33,601 bases of DNA from Craspedostauros australis. Its lineage: Eukaryota. The position numbers were made by a program, and so were the translations under genes. Location of the stretch: assembly GCA_030167865.1 (NCBI GenBank), contig JALAGF010001079.1, positions 1 through 33,601 on the forward strand, in the 5' to 3' direction. The notes beneath the pieces are model-generated. The model ran no database searches. It was not told the origin of the DNA and saw only the letters and a program-made list of their open reading frames with translations. Positions 22,033 to 32,100 of the stretch are shown piece by piece (positions within the stretch are counted from its first letter, which is position 1; each line of letters opens with the position of its first letter).

Positions 22033-24114
22033 TGTGTGCTTGCTTGATGAAGGGCTGTGATGTTCAGTTGCACCGTTTGTTGGTTTTATGACAACAATCG
22101 ACCATCGACGTTTGCTCTTTGTTGCTCTTGCTCCCCCTGGCGTGTTTTTCCTCTGTACAAATCGCTTGATCGCTCGATTACATGCTTGCTTGCCCGATGG
22201 ATCGATCGATTGATTAATCGATCGAGGGGATGCTTGTCAAGTGCCGCACATTCACCTGGATGTAGTATCCAATTTCTTTCCTCCTTGAAGGAAGTTTGTA
22301 AGAGGCAGTGCACTCATCTCATACGTTTCGGTCCAGAAAGAGGAAGTGTAGAGGAACCGTAGAGTCGAAGTTCGCCCTGTTGGTGATGGAGGGAAGAGGG
22401 AAGCGACTTTGGTAATGCTCGGCGGCCTGCAGCAGCTGTAGATACCGCTTGCTCCTGGTGCTATTTTCTGGTGTTGTTGGATTCGTTTTTTCGCGAGGGA
22501 GGGTAAGTTGTATTTGGTGGCCAAAATGTGAAGACGTGCCGTTTATTGTATTGGTACGTGGTCTTGTGTACCACACCTACTCTGCATACGAGTATTGTTC
22601 CATCACAAATGTGTGCAGTGCACTGTTCGTGGGATAGATTATGATTCCGTGTCTCTTGTCAGCATCGCGAGTTTTCACACGTCTGAATCGGAACATCACG
22701 GAAACAGAACTTTGTTGGGAGGTGGCGCCCCTTGGCGTTGGCGGGTTCCTCGTGTTGCCATCCATCTGTCCCCATCGATCCAGAGAGGTGATTTCGAATG
22801 CGGGCCAGGAGGATCACGAAGCCAGAGCGCACTCGATCACAAGAACAGCAACCGCGAACTGCGATGTGCGAGGAAGGAAATGATAAGAAGGGAGAAGAAA
22901 GGAATCGCGCGGTGATCATACTAGTACTATCATGCACAGCAACGAACACGTCCAATCCAAGCCGTTGATGCTTTACGTCTGCGGAAAGCACCCTGGCTTT
23001 CGGGATGCTGGTTCACGAGCCAAGTCGCTTCCACATTTTCCAACAGTGCCAGCCCCGGCTCCTGCGTCAGCAGATGGTACCGCTACTGTTGTGAACTCAC
23101 CCGACAGAACTTAGCGTTCTCCGTGGCAAGGGCCATGGGCGACCCCCTTGCCCGATTGATCGGAAATGATCTCTCATGGAAGACGGCGAAGTTCACGGCA
23201 GAATTGTGGCAGATCGCGTTGGCATTCGTTTCGCGTCGCTGATGCCGGCATGTACGCGGAGGTGTTTGGTTGTGTTCCCATCGTCTTCTCGGATGATGAC
23301 AAATGCTGTTGAATGAGGCTGAGACGGATGCGGAGGCAAAGGACGGGACAGGAAAAGCGGAGAAGGACGTGGCGCACAACTCAAGGGAGGCGCCCCGTGG
23401 TCGTCAGCACTCCAGCTGCGCATCCATCGCATTCCTTGGAGTTGGCGCCAAGGCCGCTGGGTCTGGTCCGCGCTTCCATCGCAGTCCGATAGAGTTGAAC
23501 GGACAGCTTTGTACAAAGAGGAGGAGGAAAGGGAAGCGGAGCTGAGCAGGAAAGCAAGAAGATCGAAACTGTGAACGCGTATACCCGTATATCCGTAGTG
23601 CGATGCCATGCACATGTTCGGCTCAGATTCTGGTATCTGCAAGGAGACGCGCATGCGATGGTGACAGAACAAAACATAGGCGCACCACGTGGAGGGACGG
23701 AAGCCACACTCCAAAACACTTGAACAATAGTACCATTCTGTCATCAATCCAGATGTAAAGTGGTGCCCGGTTTGATACTTTCGCCCAACAGTGTTGGCTG
23801 CAGTACGAGTATCGACAAAGGACTTACTTGACATGCCCTGAATTGGATGTGGATAGGAATGCAAGCAAGTCGGACTAGCTTGCGCCGCTTCATGGCTCGT
23901 AGCGTAGGAGTACGGTGCGATAGGAGCATTTGTACGGAGCTCTAATTTTTGTTACGCCGGTCGTCATGGAGGTCTCGTTCCGTGCCTGTATACTGTCACA
24001 TTCCACTACTCTCAGTTGGTGTCCACCAAACGATCGGCGCCTCGATGATTCGAGTGATGATGTGCTTGATTGGTTGAGTGCGAGCCTTCGCTTGCTGAGC
24101 AATTAATCGCAATC

Positions 24115-26380
24115 TTAGTCTCTCTGCCTTGATACTTGCGGCATGGCAAGCAAGGAAGATGAGTCCACGCCATGGACATTGCCCTCTGTGTCTGTGTACA
24201 TCGCAGTGGTGGCAGTGGCGATGGAGTCCGTAACGCAGGCGAACATGCCCTTCTGCTGGGCCACACGGGCGCCTCCGCCGATACCACCACCGCCAATGCC
24301 GCCACTGCCTCCGCCGAGAAGACCCTCGTCCTCGTCGTACGAACGCGAACGTTCCGTCCCAGTCTGTGCCGAGATGAGTCCGCCGCTGGTACCAGTGGAT
24401 CTGGAAGCTGCGCTGTCAGGCATGGTGCCGATGTTGCTGGACGCGGCCGGTGCCTCCGTTGAACTTCCCACCAACCAGTCGTACCACGACTTTCCGTCTT
24501 CCTGCTTTGGCTTCGCCTTTTGTCGGGTTGCGGGTCGGGTTGATGATGACGACGATGACGAAGTGCCGTTGCCGGCCGCCCTCTTGTATTCCTCGTTCTG
24601 CAGCTGCTGTGCGAGCTTGGCATCCGCATCCATTTGCGCATCCTCGGAATCGCCGGCGGCTGCTCCGGGTGCGTTGGCCTCGCCTTGCTTCAACACCGGG
24701 CTGACCACCTGGCAAACCGGACAGAACATGAGGGTGGCGTGGCCTGTGACTTGCATCATATTTTGGCAGTTGACGCACTGGACCATGATCGCCGTTCCAT
24801 CCTTGATGGCCTGCTTCGTGCGTTCCTGACCATGGAGGGGGACCTCCTCTCCTGCGCCCAGATCGATCGTGCGCTGGCTCTTCTTGCTCTTCTTTTTCTT
24901 CGAGGATGACTTTCGGGCTGGCGGGGCTGGTCGTTCCATTGATCCGGCTGCCCTGGCCGCAGCGGTGTTGCTTCTTTGGTCGAATGCCATGGCGCGTGCG
25001 GCCGCGCCGGAAGCCTGGCTGTTGACCTTGTCATTTTCGATCTGTTCCATGATCTGACGTTGCTCCGCCAAAAGTGCTTCTCGCTCTTCGGGATCCAGCG
25101 CCGCAAGCACTTCGTTGTCAATTTGCATTTCCATCGGTGGCGGTGGCGGCGGGACAGCCTGTACATCATCCAACGGTGGTGGCGGTGGATGGATTTCGCC
25201 CGCCCCGCCCAACAAATCAAACGATGGGGCAGATGGTTGCATCATGGGTGCCGACGGGGCGCTCATGGGCGGAGGCGGAGCAACTGCCTCGAATGATGGC
25301 GGTGGCGGCGCCAATGCTTCGATTGGCGGAGGTGGTGCCATGGGTGGCGCCATTGGGACGCTGTGCACTGCCTCGAACGGAGGCGGTGGAGCAACCGCAG
25401 CAGGCGGCGGTGGTGGAGGAAGCAGGTTGGTATCGAATGCGGGCGGTGGGGTGGCGATCGCGTTTGGGGCGTCCAGATCCATGAGCAAATCCTGGGTCGT
25501 CGGTGGCGCGGTCACGGCGGCCTGTTTTGCTGCTGGCTGTTCTGTCTTTGTTTGCGCCTGCTTGGTGCGCTCCTGAGCTGCCATGATGCGGGCCTGTCGA
25601 AAGGAAAGAATCGATGACGGCAGTCGCAGAGTACGTAATTATGGTGATGTCACAACGAGGTTTGCCGCAATGATGACGGCCACATTGATGACGATCGTGA
25701 CGTTGGAAAATTCGATGGATTGAGAATGATGGTAACGATGACGAGGATGACCATGATTGCAGGGAGGGAAATGGAAGTGAATGAGAGAGAGAGGCAGAAC
25801 AGAACGAAAGCGAAAACGAGATGGAGGATTGCGCGAGCCTATCGTTGCGTGCTGGGTTGTTGCTGCAATGATCAGAGCAGTTTCAGCAACTTCAGCGGTT
25901 TCAGCAATTGCCGCTGCAGAGCAATTTGGTCTGCTGTGCATGCAGTCTGGATCTCATGCAATACCGGCTGGCGAGGAGTTGATTGATCGGTCATTTGACG
26001 CTTGACTCCGTTGCTTCATCTGCCATCGCGATGTGCAATCGGGGCGCGTGCGATGGACTCGCAACGAAATGGAAGGCAAACGAATTCGAAGGACGACTTA
26101 CGAGGAGTGCGCTTTTTCCACCTGAGGCAGGAGCAGCTGCTGCTGGGGGCGCCTTCGCCGCTGGTTTCGAATCTTCTTTGGGTGCTCTCAGTGTAAGCAG
26201 GTCCGGTGCTTGTACTGGGGCTGGTGCGGTTGCTTCGCCTTCGCCACCGACTCCACCCAGCATGGCCAGGCGGCGTTCGAGATCTTCGACGTCATTGACC
26301 GGCGCTTCGGATGGCTTGATGGCGAAGGATGGAGTGGTGTCCTCCGTCGTCATTTCCGGTGCTGGCTTGGACATCATCAT
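24115..26380 (-). CDS. Proline-rich protein with a C4 (LSD1-like) zinc finger and ubiquitin-binding-like motifs; exons 26102-26380 and 24115-25593; 585 aa
   Basis: Phase-0 GTAAGT...GACAG intron joins GGKSALL to ARIMAAQER. Contains a poly-Pro region, IDNEVLAALDPEEREALL (UBM-like), CVNC-x14-CPVC and DADAKLAQQLQNEEY (MIU-like). Confidence 0.85.
25594..26101 (-). other. Spliceosomal intron (508 bp)
   Basis: Minus-strand GTAAGT donor at 26101; pyrimidine tract ttctttcctttcgacAG acceptor ending at 25594; in-frame join. Confidence 0.85.
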
Positions 26381-26387
26381 GGTTGCG

Positions 26388-26388
<1 letters not shown>

Positions 26389-26423
<35 letters not shown>

Positions 26424-26428
26424 ATTGC

Positions 26429-26459
<31 letters not shown>

Positions 26460-26470
26460 ATTGCTGTTGT
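26389..26470. repeat. Compound (GTT)11 ATTGCT (GTT)10 ATTGCT microsatellite, i.e. (AAC)n in the 5' leader of the minus-strand gene
   Basis: Seen directly; lies about 10 nt upstream of the ATG at 26380. Confidence 0.95.
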
Positions 26471-27562
26471 GGCTCTTCTTTCCTTCTTCGCTTTGCTTTG
26501 TTTGTGTCGCAATGATGGCGGGCGAGGATTGCAAGAGCGGTGTGGATGTGGGAGTGTCTCTGAGGCAGAGGAATTGTGATGCTGCGGTTGATGCTGGATG
26601 CTTGGGCAGGAATGTCTCTCAGAATCTCGTCGAAGCACTGTGCTACGTTAAGTTGTTGCGTGTCACGTTGTGTCGTGGTGTTTTGCTTTTGTCTTCGTTG
26701 TTGATGGCGGTGTTGTGCCTTCCTCGCGTCTTCGCTGTGCACGAAGTGGCTGGCAACAACACGAGCAACAAACCGGGGGTGAGCGAGGTCTCACACACAA
26801 ACACGATACAAGCTGCTCCTCGCGAAACAACAACACAGACACACGAATGTTCCCTGGTTCGTGCGGGCGAACTTCTGAGAAAGCCAGAGACGAAAATTTG
26901 TTGGGCGGATTTGACGACTCGTCCGCATGGCAGTATCCGGGATTTCAAGTCGATATCTGCCTTGGTATCTGTGCCTCGTCCAATCATTTCGCTCCATTCG
27001 AAGGAAAGTACCGCTTGATACCGCCGAAGAACTCAGACAGAATCGCCCTTTCACACCGATTTTTAGTCCCGCCAAATATTGAGTTTTTGGATCGAAGTAG
27101 TCAATGGACGACGATGATTGTTGGCGCGCAAATCTCTCCGAAAAGTATCTTTTGGGCCAGCCGCATTGTTTGCTGTTGCGATGCGTTGCGATCGCTTGTG
27201 CGTTGGTGTGTGTTGTTGCGACATCGGTGTTTGGGCGAATAGATGGACAATGCCAATACCGTTCTCTCTTGTCTGTGTGTGCGTCTGAGGCTGAGTCGGT
27301 GTCTGAGTCTGTGTCTGTTTGCACTGCTGTGGGTGCGGGTAGTTGCGTGGTTGTGTGGTTGGGTTCCTCTCGTCGCGAGAACCCCACTCATGTACCATTT
27401 GGCATCACGCAGTAAGCCGTTCACGACATTCTTTTTCGCGCCAAAGTCATCACCTGCGTTGCCTGTCTTTGGTTGAGCCAACTGATGGTCGAGTGCAGGA
27501 GTGATCAGACACACATTGCAACTTGCCCCGCGCAATACTACGGATGCTCTGCCAAGAATAGC

Positions 27563-27590
27563 ACGATACGATACGATTCGATACGATACG
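27563..27590. repeat. (ACGAT)n pentanucleotide repeat
   Basis: acgatacgatacgattcgatacgatacg in the divergent intergenic region. Confidence 0.8.
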
Positions 27591-27869
27591 AGCGCAGAGA
27601 CCGATGCATCGAGTGGATGGAAGAGCCATTGACGAAGCTTCATCAAGACACCACGCACCACGGGCATCATACGACATACCACGCACCACGAAGATCACAC
27701 TGCGTGGCATTGGAGACACAGATCGACGAACACGTTTGCGGAGAGATCGGCGCGCACCTTCAAAGACCCACCCACCCACCACTCGAACGGCCGTGCATAG
27801 CGATCGCATTGCCACAACAAAGCAACAATGTCGCGAACCAGCGGGGGCAGCAATCAGTTGGCAAGGCCA

Positions 27870-29412
27870 ATGACGGGCGGTGGCGGCAAGTCGAGGAAGA
27901 TGCGGTCGGTCTCGTGCAACCATCCAAAGTGCCGCAAATCCATCTCCACGACCGTCTTCGTGTGCTCGTGCGATTGCCTCTTTTGCGAAGGTACGCAGTG
28001 TCACGTGGGGAACACAAAGCCATCCATCTACTCAGTTGGATTTGGTTGGGTTGGCCCAAGTCGTGTGGCTCTGTTGCTGTAAAGCGATGGAATCCATTTC
28101 CGACTACCGCGCGCGTTGGCTGTTCCCATGTGTCGCAGCAGGTTCCTCTGCACGTGTATAGTATATTGCTTGTGCTGCCATCCTCTCTTCTCATTACATT
28201 CCAATGTCACCACCCTGTCTCTCTCCCTCTCATAAATGAAATACAATACAATGGAATGCTCCGTTGTGCACGACGGTCCCCACCTCCCTCCTCCCTGCGT
28301 GTCGTCTCCTGATACTCCAACTCCAATGTCCCCACACAAAAGACTGCACCTACGGCCACTTCACCAACAACTCCAGCTGTCCCGTGTGCAATCGGACCCT
28401 CACAGAGTCTGACTTCATGGAGGTCAACGTCACCGACCCACCACCTGCGCAGCAAGCGAACAAGAACACGGCCATCCGGAATCTCTTCACCACGTTGACC
28501 CCGAACGCGCCCACCCTGACATTCCAGGACATGTGCACCCGGTCGATGAAGCTCACGGACGAGTGCCGCGATTCGTACAAATTCCTCATGAAGCAGTTCC
28601 TTTTGGACACGAATCACATGGCCCAGCGGCTGGAGCATTCGCGACGCATGATCATCGTCTTGCAGGAGAAGATACGGTCGATGAAGCTCTCGGGAGAATC
28701 GGAGAAGCGACGCACGGAACAGGCCGTTGCTGATGTGCAGGAGAAGAACGGGGCGCTGCAGAAGAAGATCGCGGACAAGGAACGGCAGCTGGTGCAGTTC
28801 CGGAAGCTGCATGGAATGATGACGCCGTCATCGCCGCATGGAGTCGCAGGTGGAGACCATAACATGGCGTTTGGTGGTAGCGGCAGCGGCAGCGGTGGGG
28901 GTGTAGGTGGAAAGAGAATGGAAGATTTACGGAGAGTCAGCATCGAAAGCAACAGTCACGAGCGGCCTCCTCCGCTGAAGGGTTTCATGATGCAGAAGCA
29001 GGCCAGCGATTTGGCACGTCAGCGCATGCTCGACCAGGCGCAGCATCGGGCCCCACGGCTTGGCCAACCTGCCAGTTCCGTTGCGCCGCGGCAAGGTGCC
29101 TTCCACGCCCAAGAAGGCATGCCAGGACAGTCCGGCACGGCCCGCACGTCTCGCTTTGCCCTCGGCGGCAGCGACCTCGGCCTTTCAAGCTACCCGCCAG
29201 AGACCCACGATCGCAAGCGGAGACACTCGGCGTCGCCCAACTACGAGTACGCCAGTACGAGACGTCCGCACAAGGCCAGGTTCACATCACCCACCCACGC
29301 CTTTGCCAACGCCAGCACTGGCCATCATGGTCGCGACTACCACCAATACGGCAACAGCAACCAGCAACAAAACGGAGGAATGTCGGCATCGTACTATCCT
29401 CAGCGTCGGTAA
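27870..29412 (+). CDS. HEI10: HEI10/CCNB1IP1-like (Zip3/RNF212/HEI10 family) RING E3 ligase; exons 27870-27990 and 28343-29412; 396 aa
   Basis: Spliced N-terminus CNHPKCRKSISTTVFVCSCDCLFCEDCTYGHFTNNSSCPVCNRTLTESDF resembles, from memory, the CCNB1IP1 RING (CNYRKCR...VTACSHIFC...CPACNSTL). It is followed by a coiled coil and an S/P-rich disordered tail, the family architecture. Confidence 0.75.
27991..28342 (+). other. Spliceosomal intron (352 bp) splitting the RING domain
   Basis: GTACGC donor, AAAG acceptor; phase-1 join g+ac (Asp) yields CEDC and completes the RING. Confidence 0.82.
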
Positions 29413-29683
29413 ATGGGCAGCAGGAAGACGCATCCGTGTACAGCGGAATCAGGCTGCCCAGACATACAGTACTTGTGGGCCACGGACGAGGACAGCTGGA
29501 AATGTGCGGTTGTCCGGAGGGGGGATGAAAATAGAGTAACTGAAGTACTCATCACCGTAGAGTGGCTGGAATTGTCCTCGTTGCTCGTACGAGTATTTCT
29601 AGTTGTGCTTTACGTGCTGTTATGTAGAGTAAGTGGTTCTGCTGGAGGTACTTATGTGTGTGCCCCGTCAGATGTTGATCACT

Positions 29684-30976
29684 TTAGTTACCTCCGTTGT
29701 CAGAAATGCGAAGAGTCTGGATGGTAATCATTGGCGTCTCGTCGCCTGCCTTGTCCGAGGCCTCTTCAACCATTTGGATTGAGTCTTGCGCATCCTCCTC
29801 GGAGTATGATTCTTCTCTTTCTTCCTCTTCATCATCGTATTCACCATCGTCAACGTCGGTGTCTTCATCATCGTAACCCTCATCGCTGTCTTCATAATCG
29901 TTGGGGTCGTACTTCGTGGATGCCTCTTGTGCTGGCTCCTCATTGTCGTTGTAGTAATAGTCGCCGTTGATGTCGCCGTTGTTGTCGTTGTAGTTGTCGT
30001 ATCCTTGTTGCTGGACAGAAGCCCGAGCCTCGGCTGTTGTGGTGTATGCCTGGTTGTTGTTGTACGATTCCTGCGCGTTGTTGTAAGAGTACGCCTCGAC
30101 AGGCTCATTGTAGGTCTCCGATGCTGGCACTGAGTCCATCGTGTCCATGTCCTCGTACATCATGTCCACGCCCACGTCGGCGGCCCCGCCAGATCCATCT
30201 TCCATCTGCGGCATCTCTCCCATCAGTTCATCGAGGTCGATACCGAAGTCGTTGAGCATGTCCATGATCCATTGGAGGAGGTTGGACTGCGTGGGGGTGA
30301 GGCAGACCTCACCGAAGTCCTCGTCGTTCTGGTAGACGCAGGGACGGCCGGACTCGTCGATGGCCTGGACGCAGGTGCTCTCGCCGAAGGGGCTGTACAT
30401 GGCGCAAGAGAAGTCGAACAGGCCTTCGACTCCGGTCTCGCGGTTCTCCGTGGAGCACTTGAGAACGTCTTCGATCTTCTCTGGACAGTCCGGATCCTCC
30501 AGGCTCTCGATGGTCTCCATGAAGGCGCTGCTCATGCAGAGGCCGAGCTCCGGGTCTTCCACGGTGCACCAGGTGCAGCCGAATGGTTGGGAGAGGCAGC
30601 CTTCCTCGGTGATGGAGGCCATCTCGCATCCCATGAGATCGTCCCAGAACTTGTCATCCTCGAGGAGCTCGTCTTCACCGCACTGGAGGTGGGGGAACTC
30701 GAGGCTGTTGACGGCCTTGCCTTGCTCACTGCTGACGCAGAAGCCCATCACTCCGCCCAGAGGGCACCAGACGCAGTCGCTGTTGTTCCCTTCGCATTCC
30801 AGCTCCGACGAGGCTCCCTGCATGGCGCAGCTCCAGTCGGCGGAAAGATCGAAGGCCTCAGCGAAGTCTTCATTGTCCTGGAGGTAGCGCTGGGCGAGGC
30901 GGCGGGAGGGGCTCTTGGCCTCAGCGGCGCCTGCCAGCAAGAGCAGCAAGGCTGTGTTGGATGCTGTGATCTTCAT
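29684..30976 (-). CDS. Secreted protein with three Cys-rich repeats and an acidic D/E/Y/N-rich tail (~430 aa)
   Basis: ATG 30976 preceded by (AAC)6. Signal peptide MKITASNTALLLLLAGAAEA, then RRL and RYLQ motifs, repeats C-x-M...E..C...C(V/T)(W/Y)...G.C(V/M/L)(S/T), and a very acidic C-terminus. Confidence 0.85.
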   Translation of the reverse strand: MKITASNTALLLLLAGAAEAKSPSRRLAQRYLQDNEDFAEAFDLSADWSCAMQGASSELECEGNNSDCVWCPLGGVMGFCVSSEQGKAVNSLEFPHLQCGEDELLEDDKFWDDLMGCEMASITEEGCLSQPFGCTWCTVEDPELGLCMSSAFMETIESLEDPDCPEKIEDVLKCSTENRETGVEGLFDFSCAMYSPFGESTCVQAIDESGRPCVYQNDEDFGEVCLTPTQSNLLQWIMDMLNDFGIDLDELMGEMPQMEDGSGGAADVGVDMMYEDMDTMDSVPASETYNEPVEAYSYNNAQESYNNNQAYTTTAEARASVQQQGYDNYNDNNGDINGDYYYNDNEEPAQEASTKYDPNDYEDSDEGYDDEDTDVDDGEYDDEEEEREESYSEEDAQDSIQMVEEASDKAGDETPMITIQTLRISDNGGN

Positions 30977-30977
30977 G

Positions 30978-30995
30978 GTTGTTGTTGTTGTTGTT
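30978..30995. repeat. (GTT)6 microsatellite abutting the start codon of the secreted protein
   Basis: Seen directly. Confidence 0.85.
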
Positions 30996-32100
30996 CTTGT
31001 TGATTGGGTTGTTGAGTTGCTGCTGCGCCTGTCACGGTTGTGAGGATCGCGATTGCTGCTTTTTGTGTTGCCATCAAAGCAGAAAGAGAGCAACAAACAA
31101 GAAACGAAGCCGCACATCAAACAAAGCGTGGTGAGTTCGTGCGTCTTTCTCATCGCGATGTTACTCAATTCCTTCGCTGGCGAGCGGATTTCTGCAACCA
31201 CGAGAACACAAGAAAGCGCGCAGGCGCTCTGTTCGAAATGCTGAACATCAACCACGACATCGTTGCTGTCGTGGAAAAGTTGCACGATACAATGCGGCTT
31301 CAAAAGTGGCGTGCATTTTTAGTGTCACCAAACACGGCAACAAAACAACGCTGCAAATGCCTCCACGAAGTCAATTTGTTCTTTTGTTCAGTCCGCATTA
31401 CCACTCCTCCAGTTCTGCGAATCCTCGCAGTACTAACTCCTACGCAGGATCCTACTCAGACACATCAGATTCGCTTTTCGTCCACAGAACAAAACGCCCC
31501 AACCTCGAGTCGTGTGGAACCATGAGGAAAAGCGGACAAGAGAAACAGTCGTCTCACACACATGACGCCTGCTCGTGACGTTTGTCCTCACATGGGATGA
31601 AAATAACACACCCGATAGTACAGACAAGGAGACAATATCTTGGATCATCGATCTCTCCGCCAAGTCGTACTCCGATTGCGAGATAGATACTTCCTAGACC
31701 CAAATTGGTAATCCAGGTTTTGATTCGGATGATGACACCATCCCCTCGTAGAGTAGAACACATCAACAAGAATACCCTCTCCAACACATCCCTACTGGTC
31801 CGACATCTCGCATCAATCGAGTTTGAGATGATGAAGTGGCACATGAAGGTAATGAATGACATGATGTGATACATCGAGGAACAGGAACGGAGTGCATATT
31901 CGCAGCAGTCCTCGAGAATGGTGTCGCAGGAACATGATAAATAATAGAATAGAATAGTATTATGTGCCATTAAAAATAGGTCAGGGTGGAAAGGTGCCAT
32001 CGTCTTGTCATTGCGACGACTCGCCAAACTAATCCATTCTTCCCATGGTATGGCAAGCAATGCAAGAGGCTCCCATTCTTCTTTACTGCTTCCCCAGATC

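Noticed and set aside
22060-24100. ORFs including 23193-23864 (223 aa)
   Set aside because: Random-like composition, no domain; treated as intergenic/UTR, though a short or non-coding transcript cannot be excluded.
25983-27018. Poly-V, poly-C, poly-L and poly-N ORFs
   Set aside because: Translations of the (GTT)n microsatellite in alternative frames.
27473-28312. 279-aa + strand ORF overlapping the HEI10-like first exon
   Set aside because: TTG start, no motif; the spliced RING model in another frame explains the region.
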